From Candidatus Omnitrophota bacterium (GTDB taxonomy: Bacteria; Omnitrophota; Gorgyraeia; Tantalellales; Tantalellaceae): DNA of 64,000 bases. How positions within the stretch are numbered: the first letter of the stretch is position 1; each line of letters starts with the position of its first letter. The stretch covers positions 11,009-75,008 of the forward strand of contig DAONGE010000005.1 of assembly GCA_035403965.1 (NCBI GenBank), read 5' to 3'. The notes beneath the pieces were generated by a model. The model was not told the origin of the DNA, did no database searches, and saw nothing but the letters and a program-made list of their open reading frames with translations. The translations under genes were made by a program, and so were the position numbers. This document shows, piece by piece, positions 58,990 to 64,000 of the stretch.

Positions 58990-59337
58990 ATGGAAAGTAA
59001 GAACTTCGGAAAAGCGAAAAAAACGACTGTGGCTCCCAAAGCTGTTGATAGCTGCTGCAGTAGCAGCAAATCCTCAAAGAAAAAGGTCGATTTTGAGCTT
59101 TTCGCTCCGGAAGCAAAGACAGTTGTTGTGACCGGTAGTTTCAGTTCATGGGATACAAAGGGTGTTGCCATGGCGAAGAATAAAAGCGGACTTTGGAAGA
59201 CCAGCGTTGATCTTTGCGCCGGCAAACATGAATATAAGTTCGTCGTCGACGGCCAGTGGAGAATAGATCCGGCAAATAATAAGACCATAAACAACGGTTA
59301 CGGTTCTGTAAATTCTCTTCTGGAAGTGATCGGTTAA
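58990..59337 (+). CDS. CBM48/AMPK-beta-type glycogen-binding domain protein
   Basis: …FELFAPEAKTVVVTGSFSSWD…KHEYKFVVDGQWRIDP… glycogen-binding module. RBS AAGGAGGG. Confidence 0.7.
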   Translation: MESKNFGKAKKTTVAPKAVDSCCSSSKSSKKKVDFELFAPEAKTVVVTGSFSSWDTKGVAMAKNKSGLWKTSVDLCAGKHEYKFVVDGQWRIDPANNKTINNGYGSVNSLLEVIG

Positions 59338-60497
59338 TGAGGATTGCCATATTTTCGTGGGAATCCGTGCACTCCGTGCATGTAGGGGGTATAGCGTTCC
59401 ATGTGTCGGAACTGGCATGTGCTTTAGAACGGAAAGGACATGAGGTCCATCTGTTTACGCGCATGGGCAAGACCGATCAGGCTATGTACGAGCGCATACA
59501 CGGGGTGCATTATCATCGTATACCTTATCCCTCAAATCCAGATTTTGTCGAAGAAGTGAATAATATGTGCCGGGCCTTTGTTGACGCTTTTTTTCAGACA
59601 GAGGATTATGTAGGGCAGTTCGACATTGTTCACGCCCATGACTGGCTTACCGCGAACGCGATGTCATGGATAAAAGAGGGGCGTGGCAGGAAATCGGTAC
59701 TTACTATACATTCCACGGAATATGGAAGATGCGGGAATAATTTTTTTGACGGTCATTCCGAGAAAGTGAGCGGCATAGAGTGGCATGGAACTTACACGGC
59801 GGACAACGTAATAGCGGTTTCAAAACATCTTAAGAACGAGATAATGTGGATATATAACCTTCCTGATTGGAAGGTTAACGTGGTCTATAACGGGGTAAGT
59901 TATTGGAATTATGACGGATGGATAGACCCGGGAGCGGTGCGTAGGATGTATGACGTAGGGCCTTTGGACCCTATGATTCTTTTTGTGGGCAGGATGGTGT
60001 ACCAGAAAGGGCCTGACCTTTTGGTCGAGGCTATACCGCATATTTTGAAATATTATGGTAACGCTAAATTTGTTTTTTGCGGTGACGGCGAAATGCGGTG
60101 GGATGTGGAGAATGCGGCGAAGCGTATCGGTGTCAGCCACGCCACCAGATTTCTGGGGCATCAAAGCGGTTGGAGATTGAAGGATCTTTTTAAATCATGC
60201 GATTGTGTTTGTGTCCCGAGCAGGAACGAACCTTTCGGTATTGTTATACTTGAAGCATGGAGTGCCGGTAAACCTGTAGTGGCAACGTCGATTGGTGGTC
60301 CATCGGAAATAATTTGGCACGAAGTGAACGGTTATCAGATAAACCCTGATCCGAATTCCTTGGCTTGGGGTATTGGAACATTGTTCACGGATTTCGATGA
60401 CGCTAGACAAATGGGGCGGAACGGCAGAGTCGCCGTGGAAGCGGTATTTTCATGGGATGTTATCGCTGATGAGGTTTTGACTGTATATAACAGCTAA
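59337..60497 (+). CDS. GT4-family glycosyltransferase (alpha-glucan/glycogen synthase-like)
   Basis: GT-B fold with the C-terminal EPFGIVILEA motif. Start overlaps the upstream stop. Confidence 0.75.
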   Translation: MRIAIFSWESVHSVHVGGIAFHVSELACALERKGHEVHLFTRMGKTDQAMYERIHGVHYHRIPYPSNPDFVEEVNNMCRAFVDAFFQTEDYVGQFDIVHAHDWLTANAMSWIKEGRGRKSVLTIHSTEYGRCGNNFFDGHSEKVSGIEWHGTYTADNVIAVSKHLKNEIMWIYNLPDWKVNVVYNGVSYWNYDGWIDPGAVRRMYDVGPLDPMILFVGRMVYQKGPDLLVEAIPHILKYYGNAKFVFCGDGEMRWDVENAAKRIGVSHATRFLGHQSGWRLKDLFKSCDCVCVPSRNEPFGIVILEAWSAGKPVVATSIGGPSEIIWHEVNGYQINPDPNSLAWGIGTLFTDFDDARQMGRNGRVAVEAVFSWDVIADEVLTVYNS

Positions 60498-60553
60498 TAA
60501 AAGGCGGGGTATAGTGGTTCGCAGATATCTTAAACGGGAAGGGAAGATGAGAT

Positions 60554-61651
60554 ATGGGTTCTGATCCCAGACCGTTCGTCGATAATTATGATCTGCCTTC
60601 GGGGCATGGACATACATATGTTACGCTTGTTGCTCGCGATCCACATTTCATGTATGCGTATTGGGAGATATCGTCGGGTTCTATATGTGACGTGAAAAGG
60701 AACATAGGAGAGGATGAGTTCAATCGGTCGACTTATGTCCTTAGAATGTATGACATAACCTTGGTGGATTTCAATGGCGGTAACGCGAATAATACTTTTG
60801 ATATAGAAGTTGGCACCAGTGTGAATAACTGGTATATAAACCTTTGGTCCGATAATGCCACATATTGCGCTGAAATAGGTATCCGGACGTCTGACGGCCG
60901 GTTTTTCAGTATGGCAAGATCGAACGCAATGTCCACGCCGAGACTGCATTCGTCTAATCGCAATGAAGTTATGTGGATGGAGGTCGGCGGTGACGGCAAA
61001 ACCGCTGTTGTACCCGATGGTCTCGGAGTATTATCAGATCAGCAGAAAAAGAAAAAGTTCGAAGAAGATATCAAACAAAGAAAGCTCACAGGTAAAAAAT
61101 CCGTCAAGGTCAACGGAAGAAAACTTTTGGCGTCCGTGACGGAAGAAGACATAAAGGCTTATTACGCTAAGATATTCCCTGTATTGAAAAATGTTATATC
61201 GGCGAGAAGGAAAGGAAAGGTTCCTCGGTTAAAAAAGAAACATACCGCTGTAACCGGTCGCAGGTTGACGCTGGACGAATTGTTATTCAAAGGGATGACA
61301 AAAGATCAGTTTGTAAGGAGAGTCCTCCTTGGCGCGTCAGAAGAAACCGCTATGCCGGCCGGTGGAGCAAGTGAGTCGTTCGGCGGGGCCAGTGAACGGA
61401 CTGAAAAACAGAGAAAGTTTTTCTTCATGCTCAATACGGAACTTATAGTTTACGGCCGGACTGAACCTGACGCTACAGTGCATTGGGGGGACAAGCCGGT
61501 GAAACTTAATCCGGACGGTACTTTTAGCATGAGGATGTCTCTGCCTGACGGGGAAATACCGCTCGATTTTGTGGCGGAATCTAACGATAAAGTGGAAAAA
61601 AGACGCATAGCGACAAAGGTCGAACGGTTCAAAACAAAATACGAGCCGTGA
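60554..61651 (+). CDS. DUF4912 domain protein (GH57-associated)
   Basis: N-terminal …LVARDPHFMYAYWEI… pattern. Position between GT4 and the GH57 branching enzyme. Confidence 0.55.
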   Translation: MGSDPRPFVDNYDLPSGHGHTYVTLVARDPHFMYAYWEISSGSICDVKRNIGEDEFNRSTYVLRMYDITLVDFNGGNANNTFDIEVGTSVNNWYINLWSDNATYCAEIGIRTSDGRFFSMARSNAMSTPRLHSSNRNEVMWMEVGGDGKTAVVPDGLGVLSDQQKKKKFEEDIKQRKLTGKKSVKVNGRKLLASVTEEDIKAYYAKIFPVLKNVISARRKGKVPRLKKKHTAVTGRRLTLDELLFKGMTKDQFVRRVLLGASEETAMPAGGASESFGGASERTEKQRKFFFMLNTELIVYGRTEPDATVHWGDKPVKLNPDGTFSMRMSLPDGEIPLDFVAESNDKVEKRRIATKVERFKTKYEP

Positions 61652-61684
61652 GACCGATGTGCCTAGATTAAGGTGAATACACCC

Positions 61685-63349
61685 ATGGAAAAAGGTTATG
61701 TATGTCTGGTCTTGCATGCCCATCTGCCTTTTGTAAGGCATCCCGAAGAAGAATATTTTCTTGAAGAGAACTGGTTGTATGAAGCGATCACCGAAACATA
61801 TATCCCTCTCCTTCGTATGATGGAACGGCTTACAGCCGATAACGTGCCTTTCAGACTCACGATGTCAATGACCCCTCCGCTTGTCAACATGCTCAGGGAT
61901 GAGCTTCTGGTCAATAGGTACATCAGGCATATCAACAAACTTATAGTCCTCGCTGAAAAAGAGGTTGAGCGAACCGGATACGAGCCACATTATCACGGGT
62001 TGGCTCTTATGTATTATCGGCAGCTCAACGAGGTTAAAGAGATCTTTATCGCGAAATATAAAAAAGATATCGTTGCGGCGTTCAAACATTTTCAGGATAA
62101 GGGTTCACTCGAAATAATCGGTTCATGTGCGACTCACGGATTTTTACCGATACTTGGAGTGAATCCGAAAGTCGCCCGGGCGCAGATCATGGTGGGAGTT
62201 GAGAATTACACCAAAACATTCGGACGCGGACCGCGCGGTTTTTGGCTGCCGGAATGCGGATATTATCCCGGAGTTGACGAATTTCTCAAAGAGGCCGGTG
62301 TGAGGTATTTTTTTGTGGATTCACATGGTTTGCTTAATTCCGATCCGGCCCCGAGATACAGCGTATACGCGCCTTTATATTGTCCTTCCGGTGTTGCGGC
62401 TTTCGCTCGTGATTGGGAGTCGTCGAAGCAGGTGTGGAGCTCTAAAGAGGGATATCCCGGAGATCCGGACTACAGGGAGTATTACAGGGACATCGGTCAT
62501 GAACTGGAATATGAATATATAAAACCATATATTCATCCTTCGGGGATAAGGGTTAATACAGGCCTTAAATACTGGCGAATAACAGGTAACACGGAATACA
62601 AAGAGGCGTATAATCCGGAATGGGCGCGCGAAAAAGCCGCTATACACGCCGGCAATTTTATGTTCTACAGGGAAAAACAGATCGAGCACCTTTCGGCGCA
62701 CATGGACAGGAAGCCTGTGATCGTTGCGCCGTATGACGCGGAGTTATTCGGCCACTGGTGGTACGAAGGGCCGTTATGGATTGAGTATCTTATGCGGAAG
62801 GTCGCATATGACCAGAAGACATTTAAAATGTTCACGCCTTCCGAATATCTTGATGAGTACAAAGTTAACCAGATGGCCGTGCCTTCGACGTCAAGCTGGG
62901 GCTATAAGGGTTACGGAGAATTTTGGCTTGAGGGCTGTAACGATTGGATCTATCGTTATCTGCACAAAGCCGGCGAGAGAATGTGTGAACTTGCCGAGGA
63001 ATATTCTAAAGATATAAAAGGAACAAAACAAACGATACGGAAAAGGGCGCTCAATCAGGCAGCGAGGGAACTTTTGCTCGCCGAAGCCAGTGATTGGCCT
63101 TTTATAATGAAGACCGGGACAATGGTCCCGTACGCGCACCGTCGTGTCAAATTGCATATAAATCGTTTCACGCGGTTGTATGAGGATATAATGACGGATT
63201 CGGTGGATGTGGATTGGCTTAAAGAAGTCGAATGGCGAGATAATATTTTTCAAGATATGAATTGTGCTAAGCATTATCTGCAAAGCGCGGTAAAAATGAA
63301 AAAGAGCAAGCCTGGGAAAACGGGTAAATCCGGTAAGACAGGAAAATAA
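61685..63349 (+). CDS. GH57-family 1,4-alpha-glucan branching enzyme (with DUF1957-type C-terminus)
   Basis: …CLVLHAHLPFVRHPE… GH57 motif 1. Size about 555 aa. ATG 61685 is 8 nt after AAGGTGA. Confidence 0.75.
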   Translation: MEKGYVCLVLHAHLPFVRHPEEEYFLEENWLYEAITETYIPLLRMMERLTADNVPFRLTMSMTPPLVNMLRDELLVNRYIRHINKLIVLAEKEVERTGYEPHYHGLALMYYRQLNEVKEIFIAKYKKDIVAAFKHFQDKGSLEIIGSCATHGFLPILGVNPKVARAQIMVGVENYTKTFGRGPRGFWLPECGYYPGVDEFLKEAGVRYFFVDSHGLLNSDPAPRYSVYAPLYCPSGVAAFARDWESSKQVWSSKEGYPGDPDYREYYRDIGHELEYEYIKPYIHPSGIRVNTGLKYWRITGNTEYKEAYNPEWAREKAAIHAGNFMFYREKQIEHLSAHMDRKPVIVAPYDAELFGHWWYEGPLWIEYLMRKVAYDQKTFKMFTPSEYLDEYKVNQMAVPSTSSWGYKGYGEFWLEGCNDWIYRYLHKAGERMCELAEEYSKDIKGTKQTIRKRALNQAARELLLAEASDWPFIMKTGTMVPYAHRRVKLHINRFTRLYEDIMTDSVDVDWLKEVEWRDNIFQDMNCAKHYLQSAVKMKKSKPGKTGKSGKTGK

Positions 63350-63367
63350 ACTTTCGGGGGTGGATCT

Positions 63368-64000
63368 ATGGGCTCAAGGAATGATATGCCAGAAATTTGC
63401 GGTATGGAAGAAGAGATCGAAGCGTTGAATAAGAAAAAGAAAAAACCTTATCCGACGAATCTCGATTTCAAAAAAGTTAAATCGGCCTTCGGCATAGCGC
63501 TTCATATGCATCAGCCGTCTATTCCGGCAGATACAGATGATATCGGAACAGCGGGGCTTATTTCCAATCTTGAACATATGATGCGTAATCAAGGGATAGG
63601 AGACAATCATAATGCCTCGGTTTTTCTGTGGTGTTACGGCCGTATGTCGGATATCACGAGAGAACTTGTGGCGTATGGGAAAAATCCGCGAGTCATGCTG
63701 GATTATTCGGGAAACCTTTTGTGGGGGCTTAAGCAGATGGGGCACCAGGATGTTCTTGATAATCTCGCGCTTGTGACGAACAATAAAGAATATGCGCCGT
63801 ACGTTGAATGGGTGGGTACGATGTGGTCTCACGCCGTCGCCACTTCCACGCCGATACCGGATATGAAACTGCAGATGATGGCGTGGCGGAATCATTTCGC
63901 ATCGATCTTCGGGATGAAGGCGCTTGAAAAAGTAAGAGGCTTTTCTCCCCCGGAGATGCATCTTCCGATACATCCGGACGTTTGTTATGAATATGTGAAG
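63368..64000 (+). CDS. GH57-family glycoside hydrolase (alpha-amylase/4-alpha-glucanotransferase-like), 5' partial, runs off the window
   Basis: RBS GGGGGTG. …GIALHMHQPSIP… GH57 HQP motif. No stop before position 64000 (not in the ORF track for that reason). Confidence 0.65.
   Translation, partial: MGSRNDMPEICGMEEEIEALNKKKKKPYPTNLDFKKVKSAFGIALHMHQPSIPADTDDIGTAGLISNLEHMMRNQGIGDNHNASVFLWCYGRMSDITRELVAYGKNPRVMLDYSGNLLWGLKQMGHQDVLDNLALVTNNKEYAPYVEWVGTMWSHAVATSTPIPDMKLQMMAWRNHFASIFGMKALEKVRGFSPPEMHLPIHPDVCYEYVK

Overview
This 64-kb window reads as a compact, gene-dense bacterial chromosome segment. GC content is about 40-45%, most genes are on the + strand, and several gene junctions overlap. The housekeeping content is clear:

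- the thrS-infC-rpmI-rplT-pheS-pheT operon
- rarA, a PP-loop ATPase gene, and nfu
- a tightly packed run ymdB-xseA-xseB-dxs-korDABG-gltX-glnS downstream of rny
- ptsI, citrate synthase, and the norspermidine pathway (CANSDH/nspC)
- lpxD and a TetR-TolC-EmrAB efflux set
- purU and a GH57/GT4/DUF4912/CBM48 alpha-glucan cluster
- six tRNAs

LpxD and TolC imply a diderm, while RNase Y with YmdB is otherwise typical of Firmicutes. The truncated aaRS architectures and a 1,857-aa secreted protein would fit a streamlined or candidate-phylum lineage, but that is a guess.

The most unusual content sits between two convergent tRNA genes, tRNA-Gln (+, 43.8 kb) and tRNA-Leu(GAG) (-, 49.4 kb). Each tRNA is followed by tandem repeats of about 170-178 bp. 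Each repeat unit re-creates the 3' acceptor end of its adjacent tRNA and carries conserved hairpins. The Gln-side units each have their own sigma70-like -35 element and an intrinsic-terminator-like 3' hairpin. Between the two arrays lie a fluoride riboswitch, crcB and a DUF190 gene.

Other items worth a second look:

- a roughly 200-nt ORF-free transcription unit between pheT and rarA with a strong promoter and terminator (candidate ncRNA)
- a CheX-CheY-CheX triad
- a DUF362 gene paired with a NapH-like polyferredoxin
- infC with a non-AUG start
- a cluster of GGATAAC (DnaA-box-like) motifs upstream of the glycogen genes
- a giant internally duplicated CBM-GH-A (GH10-like) protein

Many minus-strand ORFs in the track are antisense shadows of + strand genes and were rejected.
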